A stretch of 64,000 bases of DNA from an uncultured Planctomycetaceae bacterium. GTDB lineage: Bacteria; Planctomycetota; Planctomycetia; Isosphaerales; Isosphaeraceae. The first letter of the stretch is position 1. The number at the start of each line of letters is the position of its first letter. The DNA is taken from contig CAWIAD010000002.1 in the NCBI GenBank assembly GCA_963833985.1, forward strand, positions 2,112,001-2,176,000, in the 5' to 3' direction. Position numbers and translations under genes: made by a program. The notes below the pieces were generated by a model. It saw only the letters and a list, made by a program, of their open reading frames with translations. It was not told where the DNA came from and did no database searches. Below, piece by piece: positions 17,221 through 26,411 of the stretch.

Positions 17221-18243
17221 ATGCCCGGCGATGAACGCTTCCGAAGGTCTGATGCCGACCGAAGACTCCGGCAGGCTGCCCGATTCGCACGGGTCCTCCG
17301 CGTCCTGGAGTTGATCCAAGGGCGGTGTCGCTACGACATCAACGACCTGGCCCGGGAACTGGAGTGCTCATCACGGACCGTATTCCGTGACTTGAACGTT
17401 CTTGAGCTTGCCGGGGTCCCCTGGTTCCACGACGAATCGGACCGATGCTACCGAGTTAGACCCGACTACCGGTTCCCCGCCCTCAACTTGACAGACGACG
17501 AACTCATCGGCCAGGCCACGGCAACCGCGATATCGAGCTCTCCCAACTTGAACGTCAGTCTCGGGGCTGCTCCAACCACTCGGAAGATTTCCACCACGTC
17601 ACGTGACCAGGCAAGCCGTCTTCTCGAGGATGTCCAGAGGCTCACATCGGTGCTCGACTTGAAGCTGGCTGATCACAGTCGGCACCACGAGGTCATCCAC
17701 ACGGTTCAACGAGGCCTGGTCGAAGGCAAGCAGCTGGCCGCGATCTACATAAGCCCGTATGAGTCCGGATCGAAGAGGTTGGTACTTCATCCGTACCGAT
17801 TATGTTTGATCAAGCAAGCCTGGTACGTCATCGCCAGAGTAACAGTCGCGGAGCAACCTCAGACTCTCCGAATCTCCAGGTTCGAATCGCTCAGGTCATT
17901 GGAGAGCCCGGCTACAGTCCCCGCCGACTTTGACCTGAGGGCCTATTTCGGCAACGCTTGGGGCGTCTATCGGGGTGACCGCACGTACGATGTCGAGATT
18001 CGCTTCTCTCCCGAGGCGGCCGACCTTGTGACCGAGACGACCTGGCACCCTACGCAGAAAGTCCAACGCCGTCGAGATGGGGGCGTTACGCTCGTCTTCC
18101 GTGTCGATGGACTGAATGAGATCGTCCACTGGGTGCTTGGTTGGTCGGGTCGTGCTACTGTCGTCCGCCCGGACGATCTCCGCCTGTTGGTCGTGGAAGA
18201 ACTCCGGAAGGCCCTCTCACTGAACCAAGCGATTCCAGAATAG
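17221..18243 (+). CDS. HTH-WYL-WCX transcriptional regulator
   Basis: N-terminal wHTH; HPYRL...AWYVIAR...RISR; WVLGWSGRATVVRP. Confidence 0.93.
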   Translation: MPGDERFRRSDADRRLRQAARFARVLRVLELIQGRCRYDINDLARELECSSRTVFRDLNVLELAGVPWFHDESDRCYRVRPDYRFPALNLTDDELIGQATATAISSSPNLNVSLGAAPTTRKISTTSRDQASRLLEDVQRLTSVLDLKLADHSRHHEVIHTVQRGLVEGKQLAAIYISPYESGSKRLVLHPYRLCLIKQAWYVIARVTVAEQPQTLRISRFESLRSLESPATVPADFDLRAYFGNAWGVYRGDRTYDVEIRFSPEAADLVTETTWHPTQKVQRRRDGGVTLVFRVDGLNEIVHWVLGWSGRATVVRPDDLRLLVVEELRKALSLNQAIPE

Positions 18244-18341
18244 CCTCTCTGATGCTGTTCGTTCTTCTGACATCCCTCGCGAGCCCTCCTGTCTCGGATT
18301 GATCGAACGTCGTTGATTTCGGACGGCATGCCATCGAGTTC

Positions 18342-18361
18342 GTTGACCCACCTGCGTCAGT
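18342..18361 (+). promoter_or_regulatory. Putative WYL-regulator operator
   Basis: GTTGAC-N8-GTCAGT. Confidence 0.45.
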
Positions 18362-18642
18362 CCGATGGACGAGGGTGGAGGTAGGCGGCATGTCGGTTAC
18401 ATGTTGCTGGTCGTGAATCCGTGATCGGGATCGACAGCTATCCTACAAACCAAGATCGGACAGATCCCTCAACGCAAGGCCCTTTTCCCTCGGGTAAGGT
18501 AAAGGACTGAGACGACCACCGGCCCCTTTTCGGTCAAATCCAACCGAAATCACCTACGTGGAGACAACGAGTCCAAGCTTCCACGTTAACGACTTCGTGT
18601 GACAATCACGCGAAGTAAGTCCCCGAACAAGGACCCCCATTC

Positions 18643-18858
18643 ATGTTCCGACCCCAAGCTTCGCCGCCATCGTTGGCTATCCCCAACACCGGTCGCTGTG
18701 CCGCCTGTAATGGGACCGGCCACCATCAGTCTTGCAGTCGACCGCCCCGCGACCTGGGCCTCTGCACCCACTGTCACGGGACTGGCCGTTGCGGTCTCTG
18801 CCGAGGGAGTGGTTTGACTCCCTCCGGTCATCGCTGTCACTGTTGTGGCTCATCGTGA
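18643..18858 (+). CDS. Small DnaJ-type zinc-finger protein
   Basis: CAACNGTG, CTHCHGTG, CGLCRGSG (CxxCxGxG repeats). Confidence 0.7.
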   Translation: MFRPQASPPSLAIPNTGRCAACNGTGHHQSCSRPPRDLGLCTHCHGTGRCGLCRGSGLTPSGHRCHCCGSS

Positions 18859-18934
18859 CCTGACGACTTCTCTATGACCTTCAATTGGCTGTCCACGCAC
18901 TCCGTGCTTCTCTGCCTTAATGTTAGGAGTTCCT

Positions 18935-20368
18935 ATGCCCCTCACCCAGGCAGAAATGGATTTCTTTGCCCGTCACTCCTACGAACTGCACAATTTCGAC
19001 AAGCCAACTCCCGCTCATGAGTTCTTAAGGCATCTCTGTCCGACGGGGCGGCCCGAGTCGCGGATATTGTTAATCTTCCAGTATCTCTGGCAGGAGCAGT
19101 CCCGGGATGATGGGACCGCCGAGTCCTTTTTCTCCTGGGCACCGCCCATTGATCTCCCTCCGTTGGCCCCTCCATGGTCAACCTGGCAAGAGTTCGTAGA
19201 TCGGGCCGAGAGTCTCTACGCGGAGAGCGTTTACCGACAGTTCGAGGCCAACGCACACCCCCTCCGCTACCCGCATTTCACCACAACTCGGAAGGGTCGT
19301 TACCTGGACAAGATTCCGGAGTTCACCCTTGCTGAGAACGTGTTCCTAGATGCTTACTACCGGGAAATCTCTTCCCAGAAGAAAGGGCCCTGCTTAACCA
19401 CAGTAGACTCTTTGAATATTCCGGTGGACGAAATCAACACTCTGGTCGCTTATCGGGCTATGGAGTTGATGCACACCGGTCAGCCCTGGCCTCAGCTGGA
19501 TGCCGTGGGCCCTCCCAATCCCTGGTCGAGTCTGGACGAATTCAAGCGGCGTTTCTTCCCCCCACGACCAAATTTCCCCCGCTGTCACTACGTTACCTTG
19601 AATCGGACGGAGCTCTCTGCCAAGGAACAGTCTTTCTTCCATCATTACTACTGCGAAGTTATTTCCCTCACTCCAGGTCCAGCCCACGAATACATACGGG
19701 ACCAGGACATCCCCGGCATACTTCTTGTCCCTTTCCAGTACGCAATCTTCCGAGGCGTCGGGCATGGTTTGGTTGGTTTGTTCATGGATGACCCTCTGCC
19801 TCCCTTCGAGGTCCCCTGGTCTTCAAAGTCTATCTTCTACCAGCGGGCCTACTTTTTCTGTCCTACGGAGATGGAGAAGGAAGCCTTCTCTCGCCACATC
19901 CCGGCCAGAGATCGAGAGTACATCACGAGCTCTTTCTTTGAGCTTTGCTACCCCAACCAGTTCGAGGAAGAATTCATCGAGTGGTACCTCGCCGAAACTG
20001 CGGGCAAGACCGCCGGGTTCACTCCCGCTAGCAATTGGCTTTGGACCCATGGGGTTTACCCGACGAATCTGAAGGTCATGATCCATTCGGCCCAGAATCC
20101 CCCCGGTCGCTGGCACGCCGTCGAGTACGACAACCCTCTCCCACTCTTTAAACCCGCCTGGGTGGACAAAGACGAGTTCAACGAGCGGCTCAAGAAATTC
20201 CTCCGTGCTTACCCTGAATTCACCGAAGATCCAACGGCGATCCCGGATTATGCTCCGGAGGGCTACGAGGAGAAGAGGATGGCCTGGTTGAAGTCGATCC
20301 CGACTCCCCCAGCCGTGGGTTCTTTCCCGACTCCGAATGAGCCAGAAAATGATCACCACTCCAACTGA
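18935..20368 (+). CDS. Hypothetical protein with four internal repeats
   Basis: AGGAG RBS; four copies of E..F...(Y)..E......P....(I)......P....PW....(E)F..R. Confidence 0.85.
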   Translation: MPLTQAEMDFFARHSYELHNFDKPTPAHEFLRHLCPTGRPESRILLIFQYLWQEQSRDDGTAESFFSWAPPIDLPPLAPPWSTWQEFVDRAESLYAESVYRQFEANAHPLRYPHFTTTRKGRYLDKIPEFTLAENVFLDAYYREISSQKKGPCLTTVDSLNIPVDEINTLVAYRAMELMHTGQPWPQLDAVGPPNPWSSLDEFKRRFFPPRPNFPRCHYVTLNRTELSAKEQSFFHHYYCEVISLTPGPAHEYIRDQDIPGILLVPFQYAIFRGVGHGLVGLFMDDPLPPFEVPWSSKSIFYQRAYFFCPTEMEKEAFSRHIPARDREYITSSFFELCYPNQFEEEFIEWYLAETAGKTAGFTPASNWLWTHGVYPTNLKVMIHSAQNPPGRWHAVEYDNPLPLFKPAWVDKDEFNERLKKFLRAYPEFTEDPTAIPDYAPEGYEEKRMAWLKSIPTPPAVGSFPTPNEPENDHHSN

Positions 20369-20804
20369 CGCACTGGCTGGCCCCCTGACCGGTGCGTATT
20401 ACTGGGTGCCCTTTCCACCTGTTAGTTCACTGACCTGGCGGATTCTGACTTACCACGAGTTGGGATTCGGCGAGGACATCAGCCATTACGAAATCTGGCC
20501 GAAGGTGGTTACTCAACTCGCAGGAATCTGGAGACGTGATCCGAAGGTGTTAAGAAGGCACTTGGGAAAGCACTGCTACGGACTTCCGCGTGGTCGAGTT
20601 ACTCATCCGGAAAAGACATACCTGATCCTTCATGGAAACGATTCGCCGATTCCTGACTGGAAGGCGAGAGTTATTCGCCGGTTCAATATGCAAGGACTAC
20701 TAGTCAAGCCTCTCTTCGATGAGCATGAACAACGGATGGGAGAAGATGCAAGAAAGACTGGGGAGGCTCTTGGAATAGTTGCGAGCACTGGGAACTTGAT
20801 TTGA
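20349..20804 (+). CDS. Hypothetical protein
   Basis: Start overlaps the upstream gene; GAYYW, HYEIW, YGLPRGRV, DEHE. Confidence 0.75.
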   Translation: MITTPTDALAGPLTGAYYWVPFPPVSSLTWRILTYHELGFGEDISHYEIWPKVVTQLAGIWRRDPKVLRRHLGKHCYGLPRGRVTHPEKTYLILHGNDSPIPDWKARVIRRFNMQGLLVKPLFDEHEQRMGEDARKTGEALGIVASTGNLI

Positions 20805-21607
20805 ATCATGCCAGCTCGAATGCAGCCGCGGCTCTCGTGTCCTGGCATGCAGTCGTTTTTCGGACCTCAATTTCCTGGTTTTGGGAATTCACGCCGATTA
20901 AAAGGGAAAGACGACGCAGTTTCCAGATCCTTCCCATATCCGGGTATCGCCCTAACTGCCGCAGTCTATTTATTTTCGACAATTCGCTATCCTGTCCTAT
21001 TTTCCTTAGTGTCCCACTCAAATGCCGTCAGCCGGAGCCTTCTGTGAAAAATTCTTAATATATAAGAGTTTCATTATTCGTCTATTGACGTATTCCGGCC
21101 AGACCTCCTCGATAAGTCGCAGCAGATCGACCTTATAATGTTGGTTATTTGCTCAAGATTTGTTGAATATCAGTCGGGTTGGCCCTGTCTGGGCCACGGT
21201 CGCCGACGGGCCATGAGCGGCATTGAACTGAGTATCAGCATGGGCTGGACATGCCGGTCCTGTGAGAAAGAATCGTACTGACATCCAGAAGCATCGCTTT
21301 CCAGGTGGTGCGGGATGGATACCAACGAGTTGTCAGCAGTCGCAAGAGAGTCGTGTCCCATTCCAGTTGTGACGGTAGAGGAAGCCTCGACGCTCGCTAA
21401 TGTGAACGGTCGCAGATCTAGCTCTCCTCATACGCTCTCTGGTGGTGCTCGAACCGAAACTCGAGTGTAACCGGGACCCGATTAAGAATCGGGACCTCCA
21501 CATACTTCGCTAGTTACGTGGCGACGGGTCGGAGATCGTACGTGCTGGAGCCGCATCATGGGTAAAGAAACCGATCGGACATTCTGGGAGCAGTTTGCCG
21601 CAATCGC

Positions 21608-21772
21608 ATGTTCACTATCCAACAGGTCACGGAGATCCTCGGTGTCAGTGAAACTCACGTTCGGAACCTCCGCGATCTCGGTTGGCTCAGTTGTTTCCAG
21701 TTGCGGGACAAAGGCAGAGGACGCTTCCGATTCCAGAAGGAGGATGTGCTCAATTACTTGATGTCATGTTGA
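21608..21772 (+). CDS. Excisionase-like HTH protein (54 aa, below ORF-track cutoff)
   Basis: MFTIQQVTEILGVSETHVRNLRDLGWLSCFQLRDKGRGRFRFQKEDVLNYL. Confidence 0.75.
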   Translation: MFTIQQVTEILGVSETHVRNLRDLGWLSCFQLRDKGRGRFRFQKEDVLNYLMSC

Positions 21773-21913
21773 TATAGTCTTAAGACGCTCGAAGGGAAAC
21801 AAGCATCCAGCCAAAGCGTGGGCAGGCCCCCTAAAGAGATCGACGGCGACCGACTGCACGATGTTTAGCAAAGACAGCGTGGTTCGTCACTTACCCTCTT
21901 GGAGACGCATGAA

Positions 21914-22177
21914 ATGACAGATGCGAAAGCCACGAAACCACCATGCTCGGGCCTCAAGAATCGCTCCTGGATCGCTCTTCAGGAAGGAGTCTCCATCCGC
22001 ACGACTTATCGGATGGAGGTGAAGGGTCGTTTGATCGAGCCGATTCGAACAAATTCGGAGGGGCACCCGCGATGGGACCCCTATGAATACTTCAACTGGC
22101 GTGACCAGGGTCGTCCGCCCATACATGTCTGGAGAAAGATCTGGCCTCGATACCGTCGAAAGGGTGGTGCACGATGA
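21914..22177 (+). CDS. AlpA/Xis-like DNA-binding protein
   Basis: GVSIRTTYRMEVKGRLIEPIR...PRW...NWRDQGRPP. Confidence 0.7.
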   Translation: MTDAKATKPPCSGLKNRSWIALQEGVSIRTTYRMEVKGRLIEPIRTNSEGHPRWDPYEYFNWRDQGRPPIHVWRKIWPRYRRKGGAR

Positions 22178-22518
22178 GCGACATGTCGAGAGAGCCTCAA
22201 TCCCCCAAGAAGGAGCAGATGGGGAAGAAAACGAGCCGTCGCCTACGCCCGAAGCTAGCCTCCCTCGCGTTAACTCCTGTGACCATCGACATCCCAAATG
22301 ATCTGTGGGGCTGTCTCGAAGACAGGGCAAGGCGCGCCGGTCGTCGGAGGGAGGATCTGGCAACCGAATTCTTGGTCATAGGTATGAACCACTATGTCCA
22401 GCAACAGCTGGAAAAGCGGGGCAAGAACCCTGCCACAATCTCCTTGGGACATGTGCTTCTCGCCTATCGAGGACGATATCCTGCAGCTGAGAGCCACGAG
22501 ATGGGAGACCGGAATTAA
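22174..22518 (+). CDS. Ribbon-helix-helix-like protein
   Basis: ATGA coupling to the upstream gene; VTIDIPNDLWGCLEDRARRAGRRREDL. Confidence 0.6.
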   Translation: MSDMSREPQSPKKEQMGKKTSRRLRPKLASLALTPVTIDIPNDLWGCLEDRARRAGRRREDLATEFLVIGMNHYVQQQLEKRGKNPATISLGHVLLAYRGRYPAAESHEMGDRN

Positions 22519-22726
22519 TCCGAACAGTCAGCCTCTCCAAACGCTCATTGCTGTCTCGTTTCATTCAGGCTTCGCTATATCCGTTGTCGTGACCTGTCGA
22601 TCGTCGACCGGCGTAACTCTGTCCCACGCCCAGAAACCGTGCAAAAACCTGATCCTGGGAGTCCACTGAGACGACTCAGCCCGATCGAGAACGCCCAGAG
22701 AGCACCAGACCACGAGGAGCCCCACC

Positions 22727-24463
22727 ATGAGCGTCTTTCGTCCGCGTGTCACCCGTTCCGGCAAGACGACCAAGGCTGCAACCTGGTCGTTCCGATGCCG
22801 ACGCATCGATGGGAAGCTATATCAGGAGAACGGCTTCAGGACCAGAGGGGAAGCCTATGGCCGACGGGAGGAAGTCCAGCGATTGATCCGTCTTGGGCTC
22901 GATCCCAGTGGACAATCATCGAGAACCCCGCTGATCCATCTCCTCGAAGACTTCCGCAAGGCCTTGGAGGCCAAGGGTATCACACCAGCCCAGATCAAGT
23001 TGGTCACCGGTCGCATTCGCCGCATCCTCAGCGATTGCCTGTTCTATGAAGGAGCCCAGCTGGATGAGCAACGGCTCATGCACTTCCTGGCTTCGCTCAA
23101 GACAAAGCGTGCAAGCGATCAGACAATCAAGCATTATCTTCGCTCAATCAAGCAATTCACGCGTTTCTTACACCGTCAGCGTCACTTGTCGCAGGACCCA
23201 TTCCTTCACATCGAGGCCCCGAAGGTACTCCGAAAAAAGCATCAACGCCGTCCGCTGACCAATGATGAGACCCGACGCTTGTTGGAGACAACGTTGACTC
23301 AGCCGATATTCCGCGGTCTGACCGGACAGGAGAGGGCCGCACTCTATTTCACGGCGTTGAAGTCCGGTTTGAGGGCCTCGGAGTTGGCCAGCCTTCGCGT
23401 CGAGGACTTCTCTCTCTATGGACCCAACCCCCACGTCACCCTGGCTGCAATCAACTCGAAGCACCGTCGGACCGACGTGATACCGCTTGATGGTGAGGCC
23501 GTCCGCTTCCTCGAACCCTTCTTATCTCAATGGGCCCCCAGCGTTCGACCCTGGCCCGGGAACTGGGCGAAGTATAAGGAAGCCGGTGTTATGCTCCGCC
23601 GCGATCTGGAAGCCGCCGGCATACCCTACGAGGTCGGCGACAAATTCGCCGACTTTCACGCCCTGCGACACACGTTCATTACGAACCTGGTCCGGGCTGG
23701 TGTTCCTCCCAAGATTGTCCAGATCCTGGCCCGACATTCCTCCATCGAGCTGACTATGAACACCTACACCTTATTGGGTCTGACCGAAGTCTTCGAGGCG
23801 ATAAATCGACTCTCACCAATTCTTGGATCGGTTGATGTTGCACCAGATGTTGCACCCGCAACCGTCACGCAGGAGCAGGAAACGTCTCAGATTGGCACTC
23901 CGGAGGGTCCGGTGCCTGGAAAGGCAGGTCATGAGAAGACGACCTTCCTGCAAGCGGAAAGCCTTTCCCAGTCAGGACATGACACGAGCTGTCAGGAAAT
24001 GTCTTCAGATGTCAGCGGAGGAGGTGGGATTCAAACCCACGGTACCCCGAAGGGGTACACCGGTTTTCGAGACCGGCCCTTTCAACCACTCAGGCACCCC
24101 TCCGGGTCGCCAGTTTCCTGTTGCTTCAGTTTAGAAGAGACGCGCCGATCCTGGAAGAAGAGACTGAGGATTTCGGCTCGCACGAGCCTGCCTGGGCAGA
24201 CTTATCGATCCTCACGTTGCGGATCGGAGTTCGATGGATTGGCGAGCATCGCAATGATATGGCGCACCAGAGGCTCAGCAATCTCTCGATGGCGAGGCAC
24301 GGGCTGGGAGACTCCGGTCGCCGGGTTTCGATACCAGTCGTGCCGCCCGCCATGCCTGACGAGAACGCATCCGCAGCTTGCGATCGTGCGGACCAGATCC
24401 AACCGCTTCACGGCACAACCAGTTCGTCGACCTTGCGAATCCCTGGAAGCGCTCCGCTCGTGA
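22727..24463 (+). CDS. Tyrosine integrase of the element (ORF reads through att/tRNA; catalytic core ends near 23820)
   Basis: GAGGAG RBS; SGLRASEL, SKHRR, DFHALRHTF, LARHS...NTY. Confidence 0.93.
   Translation: MSVFRPRVTRSGKTTKAATWSFRCRRIDGKLYQENGFRTRGEAYGRREEVQRLIRLGLDPSGQSSRTPLIHLLEDFRKALEAKGITPAQIKLVTGRIRRILSDCLFYEGAQLDEQRLMHFLASLKTKRASDQTIKHYLRSIKQFTRFLHRQRHLSQDPFLHIEAPKVLRKKHQRRPLTNDETRRLLETTLTQPIFRGLTGQERAALYFTALKSGLRASELASLRVEDFSLYGPNPHVTLAAINSKHRRTDVIPLDGEAVRFLEPFLSQWAPSVRPWPGNWAKYKEAGVMLRRDLEAAGIPYEVGDKFADFHALRHTFITNLVRAGVPPKIVQILARHSSIELTMNTYTLLGLTEVFEAINRLSPILGSVDVAPDVAPATVTQEQETSQIGTPEGPVPGKAGHEKTTFLQAESLSQSGHDTSCQEMSSDVSGGGGIQTHGTPKGYTGFRDRPFQPLRHPSGSPVSCCFSLEETRRSWKKRLRISARTSLPGQTYRSSRCGSEFDGLASIAMIWRTRGSAISRWRGTGWETPVAGFRYQSCRPPCLTRTHPQLAIVRTRSNRFTAQPVRRPCESLEALRS
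23834..23856. repeat. Tandem GATGTTGCACC, putative integrase arm-type sites
   Basis: Two identical 11-mers 1 bp apart, about 160 bp from the tRNA 3' end. Confidence 0.55.
24016..24103 (-). tRNA. tRNA-Ser(CGA)
   Basis: GGAGGGG/CTCCTCC acceptor stem; CCGGT-CTCGAAA-ACCGG anticodon arm; long variable arm; T-loop TTTGAAT. Confidence 0.95.
24074..24175. repeat. 102-bp direct repeat copy 1 (tadA 3' end + tRNA 5' end)
   Basis: Identical to 24665-24766. Confidence 0.95.
24202..24411 (-). CDS. hicA: HicA mRNA interferase toxin
   Basis: GCVLVRHGGRHDWYRNP...VPRHREI. Confidence 0.92.
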   Translation of the reverse strand: MKRLDLVRTIASCGCVLVRHGGRHDWYRNPATGVSQPVPRHREIAEPLVRHIIAMLANPSNSDPQREDR

Positions 24464-24599
24464 GGTCGACGTAGAGCTCGGCAAGGAGGTCTTTCAGATC
24501 GTCCAAAGAATCGCCCTGGGTCCAGTAATCGGGATAATCCACAAGGTAACCCAGAAAAACGTCACCGTCCTGCCAGTGAATGAACTTGACGGTGTGCAT
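24408..24599 (-). CDS. hicB: HicB antitoxin
   Basis: GYLVDYPDYWTQGDSLDDLK; 4-bp overlap with hicA. Confidence 0.9.
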   Translation of the reverse strand: MHTVKFIHWQDGDVFLGYLVDYPDYWTQGDSLDDLKDLLAELYVDLTSGALPGIRKVDELVVP

Positions 24600-24664
24600 G
24601 CCTCACCTCGTTGTGACCGCTGGCACGATGCCGCATTCTGAGAGTCCGCTGCGAGCGATGGCAG

Positions 24665-24766
24665 CGGCCCTTTCAACCACTCAGGCACCCCTCCGGGTCG
24701 CCAGTTTCCTGTTGCTTCAGTTTAGAAGAGACGCGCCGATCCTGGAAGAAGAGACTGAGGATTTCG
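24665..24766. repeat. 102-bp direct repeat copy 2
   Basis: Identical to 24074-24175. Confidence 0.95.
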
Positions 24767-25213
24767 CCGCACTCGCGCTCCATCACGCCGGCCGTCACGA
24801 GGGCGCGGTGGTTCAGACGGGGGTCGGAGACCAGGCGGTACAGGGTGTCGCAGGCGCCTGCCTTGGGGTCCTTCGCTCCGTAGACGACCCGGGCTATGCG
24901 GCTTTGCACGATGGCCCCGGCGCACATCGGACACGGCTCGAGCGTGACGTAGAGCGTGCAGTTCTCCAGTCGCCACGTCCGCAGCACGCCGCCGGCCATG
25001 GTGATGGCCAGCCGCTCGGCGTGCGCCGTGGGGTCGTGCAACGTTTCACGCAGGTTGAACGCCTGAGAGAGGATCTTGCCGTCGCGGACGATGAGAGACC
25101 CGACCGGTACCTCGCCAAGCAGCGCGGCCTGCCGCGCCAGCTCGAAGCGCATGCGCCATCATTTCGAGGTCGAAATCACTGGGTTCAAAGCCGGATGAGG
25201 AGGGACCTGTCAT
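24673..25213 (-). CDS. tadA: tRNA adenosine(34) deaminase (apparent frameshift near 25146)
   Basis: GEVPVG, PTAHAE, TLEPCPMCAGA; N-terminus MTGPSSSGFEPSDFDLEMMAHAL lies in another frame. Confidence 0.93.
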
Positions 25214-25426
25214 GGATCAACGCGCATGGGGGGAAACCAGGGCGACCGGAAGGCCGACCATCCCAGGGCACGGATCGTCTCTGGCTCCCGGGGAGTCGGC
25301 AGGGAGTCGGGCTCTTACCGGCTGTCTCTGTGACCTGGACCGGGAAGGCCTGGCTCGGGTTCTGGGCGAGCCCCGGTGTTTCTTGAAGAACACGGCTCGA
25401 GGATCATGGGCAGGTTCACCCCTCGC

Positions 25427-26110
<684 letters not shown>

Positions 26111-26411
26111 TCAAAAAGCAGCGGTCCCGAGCCACAATCGCCCGCAGCAAGACGGTCTGGAGCTTCGGACCACGAGCGGGCGGCACTCGTGTCGCCGGAG
26201 ATCTGGCCTCGCGAACGAACCAATGACTGGCTCAGCTTTGAACCTTCAGGAACCTTCAGGGACGGGCAATGTTATACTAGAGCCGATCGAACGCATTCAA
26301 GAGAGCTTTCGATGGATCGGACGGGTGCCCGGTCCAGACTGGCGGTGTCAACGAAAAAGGGGTCTGGCGCGGCTGCACCAGGCCCCTGGCAGGATCTCGT
26401 CCCTGGCCCTG

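Larger units (their letters stand above)
1..24015. mobile_element. Integrative element / defence island inserted at tRNA-Ser 3' end (left boundary outside window)
   Basis: Integrase abutting the tRNA 3' end; Xis/AlpA/RHH genes; DUF932 module; dense nuclease/SIR2/HEPN/WYL cargo; visibly less GC-rich than the downstream core genes. Confidence 0.85.

Noticed and set aside
20805..21600. Short ORFs, or an origin in the AT-richer spacer
   Set aside because: No motifs or iterons seen; an isolated TATAAT near 21134 is not sufficient
24665..24694. Second tRNA, or att site of the large element
   Set aside because: Only the 5' 30 nt of tRNA-Ser within the 102-bp duplication; the integrase lies on the tRNA 3' side
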